From: Candidatus Nomurabacteria bacterium
Lineage (GTDB): Bacteria; Patescibacteriota; Patescibacteriia; HK-STAS-PATE-3
DNA: 64,000 nucleotides
Reading direction: 5' to 3'
Assembly (NCBI GenBank): GCA_023898465.1
Contig: CP060223.1
Span: 416,001-480,000 of the forward strand
Positions 40,979 to 50,152 of this stretch are shown here, in pieces. Position numbers and translations under genes: made by a program. The notes under the pieces were generated by a model. It saw only the letters and a program-made list of their open reading frames with translations. It searched no databases and was not told the origin of the DNA. The first letter of the stretch is position 1. The number at the start of each line of letters is the position of its first letter.

Positions 40979-42502
40979 ATGTTGAAGTTCCAGAGTCTCT
41001 GTATTTTGGTGGCGCTTTGTTGTGCCACGCTCGTCTTTGCTTCTGTGCCAAACCTGCTCACCTACCAGGGCTACTTGGAAGATGGTGGACAGGCAGCCAA
41101 CGGCAGCTACAACGTCACCTTCCTGCTCTACGATCAGGCAAGTGGCGGTACCAGCCTCTGGGAAGAAGTACAAACCGGTCTCGCGGTCCAGGACGGACTC
41201 ATGCAGTCATACCTCGGCCGGATCACGCCGCTTCCCAGCAACCTCGATGAGATCGAAACCCTCTATCTCAGCGTCGTTGTGCAGGGTGACACTCTGCAAT
41301 CACGCACCGAGCTCGCTTCTGTCCCCTACGCCTTCCGCGCCAAGCTATCTGAACACGCAGTCTATGCTGATTCGGCCGGAAATGGCGGAGATAGTGGTAG
41401 TGGATTCTGGGCAGCGAACGGCAACGATATCCATAACACCAATTCTGGGTTTGTGGGGATCGGGACGGAGAATCCAAACGAGCCCCTACATGTTGAAGGA
41501 CAAGGCATAGATTGGGCTGCCAGATTCACAAACAGTGATGGAAGCAGCAGCTCAGACGTGCGCTTGGCCTACAGAACTGGCGCTGGCATCTACATGAACA
41601 CCACTGGAACTACTAGTGGGTACTTCATGAACTTGAAGCATGAAGATCTCACAAAGGTCTATCTCACGAAGTCAGGCTACCTTGGGCTTGGTACGGATGG
41701 TCCAATTTCACAGCTCCACGTGGTGAACCCGGTCAACGCGGGGGCTGGAAACATCTTCAACATCGACCGAACGAACGACGTCACAAAGCAAACCTACATG
41801 GGCTTCCGTACGCACACGCTGCAGGACGCCTTCATAGGTGTGCCGGCAAACACGACCAACACGCTCACCTTTGGGTATGCCGGAAGCGCCGAGCTTATGC
41901 GTTACAACGCAAACGGGCTCGGTATTCGCACCACCAATCCGCAATTCACACTCGATGTGAACGGGAATACCAATTCAAGTCAGTACTACCTGGCCGGGCA
42001 CCAGATCGCCTACACTACTGGCGGCGGATCTCTCTTTCGTCTCAAGGACCCAAGCGGTGCAGACCGTGTTGAGTTCCAGGGGAACGGAGGCGATCTGCTC
42101 TTGGTGGGACCTGTCCGTATCAACGGCGACCTCTGCGTCACTGGTCAGAAAAACCGTATTGTGGAAACACCTTACGGCACTCTGGCTTTGAATGCTGAGG
42201 AATCGGCCGAAGCTTGGTTCTCTGCCAGCGGCGAAAGTCAGCTGGAAAACGGCCGAGCCCAAGTCGAGCTGTCTGAACGCTTCCTCGCGACCGTGGTCGT
42301 TTCTGATGAGCATCCTATGCAAGTCAACGCGACCTTCTATGGAGCGCACGGCGGCGGATGGTACGTGGAGCGTGGGCTGAACAGCTTCACTCTCGTCGAC
42401 CCCAGCGGGAGTAATGCACCGTTCACTTGGACGGTCAAAGCTCGCCAAAAAGGTTACGAAGACGTGAATCTCCGCGTTGTCGCGCCAACAGATGGGAGGT
42501 GA
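40979..42502 (+). CDS. secreted tail-fibre-like repeat protein (peptidase S74 / endosialidase-chaperone-type GIGT...LHV repeats) (island 2)
   Basis: A signal peptide is present. The N-terminal LTYQGYLEDGGQAANGSYNVTFLLYD..SGGTSLWEE block matches a phage-fibre-like motif. Three repeats of the G-[FYL]-[VLG]-G-[IL]-[GR]-T-x-x-P-x-x-x-L-[HD]-V motif occur (NSGFVGIGTENPNEPLHV; SGYLGLGTDGPISQLHV; NGLGIRTTNPQFTLDV). Confidence 0.55.
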   Translation: MLKFQSLCILVALCCATLVFASVPNLLTYQGYLEDGGQAANGSYNVTFLLYDQASGGTSLWEEVQTGLAVQDGLMQSYLGRITPLPSNLDEIETLYLSVVVQGDTLQSRTELASVPYAFRAKLSEHAVYADSAGNGGDSGSGFWAANGNDIHNTNSGFVGIGTENPNEPLHVEGQGIDWAARFTNSDGSSSSDVRLAYRTGAGIYMNTTGTTSGYFMNLKHEDLTKVYLTKSGYLGLGTDGPISQLHVVNPVNAGAGNIFNIDRTNDVTKQTYMGFRTHTLQDAFIGVPANTTNTLTFGYAGSAELMRYNANGLGIRTTNPQFTLDVNGNTNSSQYYLAGHQIAYTTGGGSLFRLKDPSGADRVEFQGNGGDLLLVGPVRINGDLCVTGQKNRIVETPYGTLALNAEESAEAWFSASGESQLENGRAQVELSERFLATVVVSDEHPMQVNATFYGAHGGGWYVERGLNSFTLVDPSGSNAPFTWTVKARQKGYEDVNLRVVAPTDGR

Positions 42503-42505
42503 GGG

Positions 42506-44284
42506 ATGAGATGGATTCTCTCGGTCCTACTCCTGGCTCTTGCGAGTAGTGCCTTTGCCGTACAACCAAATCTTCAGCTTCCCTTTGCTGAAGGGACCGT
42601 TCACAAATGTACGCAAGGTGCCAATGGCGAGTACTCACATCAGTACACTTCAACACGTTACGACATCGATCTAGACACGATCAACAATGGCGATGAAACG
42701 TTGTACGCCCCAGTATCCGGAACCGTCTATCTGCATGATGAAGGTGAATCCGGATTCGGAAAACACGTAAACATCGACGTTGGAGACAACACTTTTGTTC
42801 TCCTTGGGCATTGCAAGAGCTTTCTTGTTTCTGATGGACAGCAGATAACAACAGGGATGCCTGTTGCGCTTGAAGGCTGTACAGGAAATTGTTACGGTGA
42901 TCATGTACACTTTGGTCTGCACACTGGAAACCCTCAGATAGGCGCTTCAAGTAGCACATCAATTGTTGCCGAACACATCTGGGCTAGGGATGTGACCGCG
43001 GGTGGAGAATTTCGATTCTTCCGAAGCGATGAATTCATAGGCGATTTGACTAGTGGCCACAACTACGAGACTGGCTATTTAGGCACACCCTACCTCTGTT
43101 CTCCTGCTGGTCAAGATCCACCCGCTGCCCCGCCATTCTGGACCAAGCCTGGCGACATCAAATCATACTTGGCGAGATTCAGAAATACGGGAACGGCAAC
43201 GTGGATTGATAGCGGAGGCGTTGGTACGAATAACTACGTTGAACTACGATCGGTGTTTCAGAACGGCACACCCAAAAACTGTTGGCTTGAGCCAGTAGAT
43301 TGGATTGGGTGCCCTGCATCCTGCAACACTCAACGAGTAACCTCGTTTGACGAAGGGACAGTCGCTCCTGGTCAAACTGCAACATTCACCTTCCAGGCAC
43401 GAACACCAAATGTTCCAACTGACCTTGACGGTGAAGTAGTGTACTTCCGCCCCTTCCACGGAGCAGACATCGGAATCGACGGATGGGGGGAGATGAACTT
43501 CCTTATCTATGTCGACGCCGACGCGCCGCAGGTCCCGCCGAACTTGAGCGTGAACCCGTCAGACTGCACGAGCACCAACTCGTTCTTCTTTGACTGGGAT
43601 GCTTCGAGCGACGTGGGTAGTGGACTGGATCTCTACGAGTGGCAAATCAACGGATCTACACCGAACTCCACGACTAGTACTTCGGTACAAGTGAATGGGA
43701 GTCAAAGCGTTCACCCGGGCACCAACGTCTTCTACGTCAGAGCCTTGGATAAGGTCGGAAACGTGAGTGGAATGGCCACGGTGGAATTCTGCTTCGAAAC
43801 CGACTGCAACCTCAGCTTCAACCGAGACGACGACGGCAATAGTGTGCCTGACGGATGGACGGCTGACCCTCATGGAGGTTCAAGCTATAGCTGGCCGCCT
43901 GGAGGCATTGGAAGCAACTCACACTACGTACGTATTGTGAACGCTGATGGAGATGATTGGATGATCTATACTCGCACCAACTGCGATCAGATCACGCCAG
44001 GACAACTCTACCGAATCGGCTTCTGGTACAACACCACCTCCACGGCTCCGTTCGAGTGGGCACTGTTCAAGAGTAGTGTTTCAACTGGTCAACGAAGTCT
44101 GAACGCCCTCGTGAGCAACCCAACCGCAGACGGGCAGTGGCATCAATTCCAAAGTGAACCCTTCACAATCAACTCCGGCGACCTCAGCACCTACCCGAAA
44201 TTCGGGGTAAAGGTACCGCCGGGATCTGTCGGAACCTTCAACTTCGACGAGGTCTTCTTCGTTGAAACTGAGCTGTGTCAATAG
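42506..44284 (+). CDS. secreted M23-family metallopeptidase with Fn3/Ig-like and CBM-like (jelly-roll) C-terminal domains (island 2)
   Basis: A signal peptide MRWILSVLLLALASSAFA. M23/LytM motifs are H-x3-D (HQYTSTRYDID) and HxH (GDHVHFGLH) around LYAPVSGTV / VALEGCTGNCYGDHVHFGLH. An Fn3-like block follows (PNLSVNPSDCTSTNSFFFDWDASSD...YEWQINGS...VFYVRALDKVGNVSG), and the C-terminal about 170 aa has a CBM4/9-like pattern. Confidence 0.6.
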   Translation: MRWILSVLLLALASSAFAVQPNLQLPFAEGTVHKCTQGANGEYSHQYTSTRYDIDLDTINNGDETLYAPVSGTVYLHDEGESGFGKHVNIDVGDNTFVLLGHCKSFLVSDGQQITTGMPVALEGCTGNCYGDHVHFGLHTGNPQIGASSSTSIVAEHIWARDVTAGGEFRFFRSDEFIGDLTSGHNYETGYLGTPYLCSPAGQDPPAAPPFWTKPGDIKSYLARFRNTGTATWIDSGGVGTNNYVELRSVFQNGTPKNCWLEPVDWIGCPASCNTQRVTSFDEGTVAPGQTATFTFQARTPNVPTDLDGEVVYFRPFHGADIGIDGWGEMNFLIYVDADAPQVPPNLSVNPSDCTSTNSFFFDWDASSDVGSGLDLYEWQINGSTPNSTTSTSVQVNGSQSVHPGTNVFYVRALDKVGNVSGMATVEFCFETDCNLSFNRDDDGNSVPDGWTADPHGGSSYSWPPGGIGSNSHYVRIVNADGDDWMIYTRTNCDQITPGQLYRIGFWYNTTSTAPFEWALFKSSVSTGQRSLNALVSNPTADGQWHQFQSEPFTINSGDLSTYPKFGVKVPPGSVGTFNFDEVFFVETELCQ

Positions 44285-44320
44285 CTTGGAGGGGCTATTC
44301 CAGCATACATCGCACTTTCA

Positions 44321-44357
44321 CGCGCCTTCAGGCCAGCAACTTGGAGGCGCGTTTTTC
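44321..44357 (+). terminator. putative rho-independent terminator ending island 2
   Basis: Stem cgcgcct/aggcgcg (7 bp) with a 17-nt loop, followed by TTTTTC. Confidence 0.35.
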
Positions 44358-44424
44358 TTACTTTTCAAAATGACCAATTTTTAGTATACTCTAGCCTGAA
44401 CTTTTATCCTTTTTTTGCCAAAAA

Positions 44425-45936
44425 ATGTCAGAAAAACAAGAGAAGGCCAGTCGCTACCTCATTTCTATAGTAATTGGCTTTTTTATTGTATTTGGATTGG
44501 GTTTGCTAAACAAAAACCTTGCGTTTTTTGGTCAAAATCTTAGTTTTTCCCTTGATTTTCCTGCAAATGATAAGGTGCTCAGAGCTCTTCCAGCCATCAA
44601 TGAAACTACAGAAATTGGCGAGAACCCTGCAAACGGGAAGCAGTACGCGATTCAACGTCATACCATAACGACGCCCGAGACCAATATTTGGCTAAAAATA
44701 CCAGAAACACTGCAGTTAAGCGAAAAAAATCATCTCAGCGTTTCAACTGAATTTGATCCCAAACACCTCGATAGTTTAGAGCTTTCACTCGTCCACCCCA
44801 GTGGAATTAGCTATGACCTAGGGCCAATATACTCCGCCCAGCTCGAAGCTCTAGAGTGGAGCTCAATCACCCAGGACGGCGTTACTCTGTGGCAACGAAA
44901 CCCAAGCTACGCATCCATACAGGATTTCTACAAAAACCCACCGAAATCTGATGCAGAAACGCCTGTAATTGCCACTTTTCATGCCGCTCTCAATCCAGTG
45001 CTCCAGAGCGAATTTCTCGCTAATCTTCCTGAAAAAAAGCAATTAGAAAGTTCCCTACCCTATCTCGAGGGACCTTATACAACCTATACCCTGCTATTGG
45101 AAAGCGGCTCTCTTCATATTCACCTAGATGTACAGGAGCTTAATTTTTACGAAGGACCAGATCCGACCGAAATAAACGTTTTTGATCAATCTGGTGAGCT
45201 AATATATGTCACCACGCTTCCAGATGATGGCGTAGTAAGCGCCTCTAAAGTTCGAACCCCACTTCGTGCTATAGATTTTACCCTCGAGGGGCTTAATCCT
45301 GGAATGTATCGAGTTGAGGTTGATAATCCAGATATTCAGTCAAAACTAAGCACAAATCAACAATATGTTGTTTTAGCAAGCTCCCCGTTGCTTGTTGATA
45401 ACGTGTATAACAGCAGCGCAAATCCTCTAACTCTATACACAAATTCTCAAAATATTGATTTTCCTGCCTGGCATATTGACGCCAGCGCACAAAATATCAG
45501 TTTAGATGGTCACCAGATAACACTCGCTTCTGACCGACAAGTTGGCAGCTCAGTGCACTACAGCTTCCCTAACCTCGCTACAGCAAAAAATCCACACAGT
45601 ATTCAATTAGGTACCAATCATGCACTTATTGAAATAGATAAAAGCGCTGTTATTGCTTTTGATGCATTTGCTTATTTTAACCCTTTTACTATCCCAACTC
45701 GTCGTCTCACTGCCGATACTACCAAAGATACTTCAATAGAATACGTCTTAGCACGTTACGAAAAACAAAATCCGGTGAATGGAAGATACTTGCTGAATCG
45801 CGATTTCTACTTTGATAAAAGCTTCCTCAACGAAGACAATGGCCTGCAAATACGCTATAGCGCTGATACTCGCCTGGGATCCCCTCAATATCGCCTGCAA
45901 AAAGTTGACGTCTCAATCACTCGCTCTACTGAATAA
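44425..45936 (+). CDS. membrane-anchored hypothetical protein with large extracytoplasmic domain
   Basis: 503 aa with an N-terminal TM (YLISIVIGFFIVFGLGLL), then an Asn/Ser/Thr-rich soluble region. Backbone-like low G+C. Confidence 0.5.
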   Translation: MSEKQEKASRYLISIVIGFFIVFGLGLLNKNLAFFGQNLSFSLDFPANDKVLRALPAINETTEIGENPANGKQYAIQRHTITTPETNIWLKIPETLQLSEKNHLSVSTEFDPKHLDSLELSLVHPSGISYDLGPIYSAQLEALEWSSITQDGVTLWQRNPSYASIQDFYKNPPKSDAETPVIATFHAALNPVLQSEFLANLPEKKQLESSLPYLEGPYTTYTLLLESGSLHIHLDVQELNFYEGPDPTEINVFDQSGELIYVTTLPDDGVVSASKVRTPLRAIDFTLEGLNPGMYRVEVDNPDIQSKLSTNQQYVVLASSPLLVDNVYNSSANPLTLYTNSQNIDFPAWHIDASAQNISLDGHQITLASDRQVGSSVHYSFPNLATAKNPHSIQLGTNHALIEIDKSAVIAFDAFAYFNPFTIPTRRLTADTTKDTSIEYVLARYEKQNPVNGRYLLNRDFYFDKSFLNEDNGLQIRYSADTRLGSPQYRLQKVDVSITRSTE

Positions 45937-46168
45937 GCATAAGTCCTAGTGTCGCCAAAATAAAAGGCATAAGCAACCAAATAAGCGGTATTGTATAAAT
46001 GATGAATCCAGGCAGGACAAGTTCTAGTAAAAAACCTAACGCTGATACCACCGCGCTAATGATAAAAAAGCGTTGTATAAAAAATATCCAGGATGTTTTC
46101 GCTGATTGAAAAGGATGAAATTGCATAACGTTAGTATAAATCTCCCTTGCAGTATACCCCTTTCTCAT
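45926..46168 (-). CDS. small 2-TM membrane protein, unknown
   Basis: 80 aa hydrophobic ORF convergent with the 503-aa gene. Weak call. Confidence 0.3.
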   Translation of the reverse strand: MRKGYTAREIYTNVMQFHPFQSAKTSWIFFIQRFFIISAVVSALGFLLELVLPGFIIYTIPLIWLLMPFILATLGLMLIQ

Positions 46169-46230
46169 TATTTACGTAAATTTTCAGGACGCCTGCTTCT
46201 GCTCAGCACTGCGATTCCTCAGCCCCTTCC

Positions 46231-47187
46231 ATGAACTACCTTATTACCGGTTCCGCAGGATTTATTGGATCACACCTCTCCACCACCCTCTTAGCACAAG
46301 GACATCGCGTCATTGGGATTGATGATCTGAATGATTACTATTCTGTTACCCAAAAGCAAGAAAATATAACGCAGCTCAAAGAATTTTCTGAATACTCCTT
46401 TCTTCAATGCGACATTCGTAAACCAGAAGAAATAAAAACATTTCTGCAAAAATATTCACAACCAATTGACGCCATTATTCACCTTGCCGCTCGGGCGGGA
46501 GTGCGGCCTTCAATTGCGAAACCAACCCTTTATACTGATGTAAATGTAAATGGCACTGTGCAAATGCTTGAGCTTGCTCGGGTTTTTCAAATCCCTAAAT
46601 TTATTTTTGCCTCCTCCTCTTCGGTCTACGGTAATCAAGAAAAAACCCCTTTTAGTGAAACAGATGCTGTTGATACACCGATATCACCTTATGCGGCAAC
46701 AAAGCGAGCTGGTGAATTACTTAGCTACACTTATCATGCATTGCACGGCATGAGTGTGGCCTGTCTACGCTTTTTTACCGTATATGGACCAAAAGGACGG
46801 CCGGATATGGCGCCCTACCTCTTCGTTGATAAAGTGCATCGTGGCGAAGCTATTACAAAATTTGGCAACGGAGAAACGCGCCGAGATTACACCTATATTG
46901 AGGATATTATCTCTGGAATTCTCGCAAGTCTACAAGCTGATATTGGTTACGAAATTATTAATCTAGGTAACTCTCATACGATCTCATTAAATGAATTTAT
47001 CGCAACAGTAGAACGAGTAACTGGAAAAACGGCTATTGTTGACCAACAGGGTCCCCAGCCGGGTGATGTGCAACAAACTTTTGCGGATATTACGAAAGCA
47101 AAAAAACTGCTTGGTTACGATCCAAGCACCGCAATCGAAAGCGGTCTCCAACATTTTTATGAATGGTATAAACGTTATCGCGTATGA
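46231..47187 (+). CDS. NAD-dependent nucleotide-sugar epimerase (UDP-glucuronate/UDP-GlcNAc 4-epimerase-like, SDR extended family)
   Basis: 318 aa. Rossmann TGSAGFIGSHL, catalytic YAATKRAGE (YxxxK) and an S(S)SSVYG block. Confidence 0.85.
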   Translation: MNYLITGSAGFIGSHLSTTLLAQGHRVIGIDDLNDYYSVTQKQENITQLKEFSEYSFLQCDIRKPEEIKTFLQKYSQPIDAIIHLAARAGVRPSIAKPTLYTDVNVNGTVQMLELARVFQIPKFIFASSSSVYGNQEKTPFSETDAVDTPISPYAATKRAGELLSYTYHALHGMSVACLRFFTVYGPKGRPDMAPYLFVDKVHRGEAITKFGNGETRRDYTYIEDIISGILASLQADIGYEIINLGNSHTISLNEFIATVERVTGKTAIVDQQGPQPGDVQQTFADITKAKKLLGYDPSTAIESGLQHFYEWYKRYRV

Positions 47188-48146
47188 ATGAAATAACAAC
47201 CACTAAAGCATTTTTTTCAGTCGTCGTACCGGTCTATAACGAAGTCGAGGCTGTGGCTAGTCTTCATGCTGAGATTCTTCAGATCATGCAGACGATGCAA
47301 AAACCTTTTGAGATTATCTTTGTAGACGACGGAAGCAGAGACGGCACATTTGAAAAATTACAATCTCTACATCCGATTACGATTATCCGTTTGCGAAAAA
47401 ACTTTGGACAGACCGCTGCACTGGACGCTGGTTTTAAACATGCTCAAGGGGAAATTATTTTTACCCTGGACGGTGATGGACAAAATGATCCAGCAGACAT
47501 ACCTGGACTTTATGCGAAGATTGAAGAGGGGTATGATGTGGTTTCTGGGTGGAGAAAAAACCGAAAAGACACTTTTTCGAAGCGCTTTTTGTCTCGTGGA
47601 GCAAACTTCCTTCGCGGATTTCTAGTAGCAGATAAAATTAAAGACTCTGGCTGCACGCTCAAAGCATATCGAAGAGAATGCTTCGAGGACTTGGACCTCT
47701 TCGGTGAAATTCATCGTTTCATACCGGCAATTCTAGCGTGGAAAGGTTTCCGCATCGGCGAAATAGTCGTTAATCATCGCGCTCGAACCACTGGCCGAAC
47801 AAAATACAACTGGCGCCGCGTGATAAAAGGTTTTGTCGATATGGTAAGCGTCTGGTTTTGGCGAAAATACTCTAGCCGTCCTCTCCATCTTTTTGGCGGT
47901 CTTGGCATATTGGCTGGAGCCGCTGGTCTCGTCTTAGGACTTTACCTTGCCATTGCTCGACTAATGGGAATTATCTCACTCCAAAACAGCATCTGGCCAT
48001 TGATTTCTGTTTTTCTGATCCTAGCTGGCATCCAATTATTTATTTCTGGACTCCTGGGTGATATTGCTATCAAGACTTACTACAACGGCAAACGGCAAAT
48101 CTACACCATACGTTCAATTACCACATCGCGTAGAGAAAATTCATGA
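47184..48146 (+). CDS. GT2 polyprenyl-phosphate glycosyltransferase (GtrB/ArnC/DPM1-like) with C-terminal TM helices
   Basis: 320 aa. FSVVVPVYNE...IFVDDGSRDGT...DGDGQNDP motifs and two C-terminal TM segments. Confidence 0.8.
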   Translation: MNEITTTKAFFSVVVPVYNEVEAVASLHAEILQIMQTMQKPFEIIFVDDGSRDGTFEKLQSLHPITIIRLRKNFGQTAALDAGFKHAQGEIIFTLDGDGQNDPADIPGLYAKIEEGYDVVSGWRKNRKDTFSKRFLSRGANFLRGFLVADKIKDSGCTLKAYRRECFEDLDLFGEIHRFIPAILAWKGFRIGEIVVNHRARTTGRTKYNWRRVIKGFVDMVSVWFWRKYSSRPLHLFGGLGILAGAAGLVLGLYLAIARLMGIISLQNSIWPLISVFLILAGIQLFISGLLGDIAIKTYYNGKRQIYTIRSITTSRRENS

Positions 48147-49273
48147 GTCGAATACTGTTACTTAATTACGAGTTTCCACCTCTTGGTGGTGGCGCTAGTC
48201 CACTTAGCTACGAGCTAGCTCGAGGATTTGTGCAAAATGGCCATTCAGTCACTGTTGTCACAATGGGCTATAAAACCCTCCCTCGATATGAAGAAAAAGA
48301 CGGTATGCGGATCTTTCGACTCCGTTCAGTTCGAGCAAAAAAAGAGATATGTACGCCATGGGAACAATTCACATTCATCATCTCCGCTTTTTTCTTTTTC
48401 ACAAACCATTTAAAAAAAGAAAAATATGACGTTAATCATACGCATTTTTTAATACCTAGTGGAATTATTTCATGGTGGCTCAAAAAAAAATATCAATTGC
48501 CTTATGTCGTTACCAGTCACGGTAGTGATGTTCCTGGCTTCAACGATGATAGATTTAAGCTTCTTCACAAATTTACCGGCCCAATACTCCGCTTGGTAAG
48601 CAATAATAGTGATAAAATTATTGTTCCCTCAAAATATCTAGGAACCCTCATTGAAAAGAATATTAATTCTGCATTACATAGTAAAATTTATTACATTCCT
48701 AACGGCATAGATGAAAAGAAGTTTGTGCCACAAGAAAAGAAAAAAATCATTCTTTCCACTGGACGATTATTACCAAGAAAAGGTTTTCAGTATTTGATAA
48801 ATGCAATGGCAAAAGAAAACTTGGGATATGAATTACACATTGCTGGTGATGGTCCTATGATGACAGAACTTCAAAAGCTAGCAAGTAACGCAAAAAGTAA
48901 AATAGTTTTTCATGGTTGGCTTGATAATCTTAGCCACGAATACAAAGAACTTCTTGAATCCGCTGCCATTTATAGTTTGGTTTCACCTAAGGAAAACGCA
49001 AGTGTCGCCTTACTTGAGGCGATGAGCGCGGGCTGCGCTATAATCACCAGCAGTTCGGGTGGAGCAGCAGAAACAATGGGTGAGGCCGGTATTACCATAG
49101 AAGCAAAAAACCAAACAAGTATCAATGAAGCGCTGCGTCATCTCACCACCTCCAGTGAAGAGATTCAACGCTTAGGTCAACTTGCCCGCAAACGCGTGCT
49201 TGAAAAATTTAGCTGGACAACTGTATTTCATCAATATAATCAACTATTCACACCTTACGGAGTTAAACTATGA
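48143..49273 (+). CDS. glycosyltransferase family 4
   Basis: 376 aa. GT4 N-domain (MSRILLLNYEFPPLGGGAS) and C-terminal E-x7-E region (SPKENASVALLEAMSAGCAIITS). Confidence 0.8.
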   Translation: MSRILLLNYEFPPLGGGASPLSYELARGFVQNGHSVTVVTMGYKTLPRYEEKDGMRIFRLRSVRAKKEICTPWEQFTFIISAFFFFTNHLKKEKYDVNHTHFLIPSGIISWWLKKKYQLPYVVTSHGSDVPGFNDDRFKLLHKFTGPILRLVSNNSDKIIVPSKYLGTLIEKNINSALHSKIYYIPNGIDEKKFVPQEKKKIILSTGRLLPRKGFQYLINAMAKENLGYELHIAGDGPMMTELQKLASNAKSKIVFHGWLDNLSHEYKELLESAAIYSLVSPKENASVALLEAMSAGCAIITSSSGGAAETMGEAGITIEAKNQTSINEALRHLTTSSEEIQRLGQLARKRVLEKFSWTTVFHQYNQLFTPYGVKL

Positions 49274-50151
49274 AAAAGATAAAACTGCTATTCATCCTTG
49301 CCTGGCGAAATCTGCGTTGGACTTTTATTAAAGCAATTCACCTAAATGGCCAAATATCCGTACAAGTGTATGGAAAGAAAATTGTTCTCTATCTTAATCG
49401 TGTTGGATTAGACATCAAGGAGAATAATATTTTTAAACAGCTCGCTTTAGATCATAATCGCGAAGCTGAGGCCTCTAAGGTAATGCTAGACTTTATCGAG
49501 CCTGGAGACGAAATTTTTGAAGCCGGCGCAAATATTGGCTACTACGTTTTACTTGAAGCGAGTCGACTACAAGGCCAAGGTAAAATTTACGCAATTGAGC
49601 CAGATCCTAGTAACTACGAGCTACTTAAAAAAAATGTGGAGTTAAATGAACTGCAAAATTATGTTGATGTCCGTAAACTATCGGTCAGCGATAAAGTCGG
49701 TCACTCAGAATTTTTCCTAAGTAAGGATTCTAACCTGCACAGCTTCCTTCCGAGCGAAAATGATGAAGAGAGAACCTCAATTATGGTAGAGACAACTACC
49801 ATTGATGCCTTCTTAGCAGATAAACCAAAGGTTAACTTTATCCGAATGGACATAGAAGGCTATGAATGTCGAGTTATTTATGGGATGAAACAATTCCTTG
49901 CTAAGCCTGGCCCTTTAAAACTTTTTATTGAGCTGCATCCAAAGCTGGTTTCAAGGGAAGAAATGTTGAATTTGCTTACCATTTTGGAAGAAAGCGGTTT
50001 CACTATACATAAAGCAATCTCGCGAGATAACTATCTTCGGAAGCAGCTAGGACAAACCACTGTTGAGGAAATGACTATGGCTGAATTAAAGAGCGATCCG
50101 CGCTTGCTGGAAGAAAAACGCTCATTTGAAATGTTTTTCATAAAAAAATAA
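49270..50151 (+). CDS. FkbM-family SAM-dependent methyltransferase
   Basis: 293 aa. EAGANIGYYVLLEAS (SAM-binding glycine-rich motif) and FIRMDIEGYE, typical of the Methyltransf_21/FkbM domain. Confidence 0.7.
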   Translation: MKKIKLLFILAWRNLRWTFIKAIHLNGQISVQVYGKKIVLYLNRVGLDIKENNIFKQLALDHNREAEASKVMLDFIEPGDEIFEAGANIGYYVLLEASRLQGQGKIYAIEPDPSNYELLKKNVELNELQNYVDVRKLSVSDKVGHSEFFLSKDSNLHSFLPSENDEERTSIMVETTTIDAFLADKPKVNFIRMDIEGYECRVIYGMKQFLAKPGPLKLFIELHPKLVSREEMLNLLTILEESGFTIHKAISRDNYLRKQLGQTTVEEMTMAELKSDPRLLEEKRSFEMFFIKK

Positions 50152-50152
50152 C

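Noticed and set aside
41017-42448. Several 60-160-aa ORFs in other frames inside the tail-fibre-like gene (41017..41250, 41022..41510, 41268..41477, 41708..41944, 41975..42448, 42192..42380)
   Set aside because: They are embedded in a long high-G+C ORF with clear repeat-domain structure. High G+C suppresses stop codons in alternative frames.
42671-43873. Minus-strand ORFs inside the M23 peptidase gene (42671..42922, 42681..42962, 43179..43459, 43559..43873)
   Set aside because: Antisense to a gene with a signal peptide and intact catalytic motifs. No independent support.
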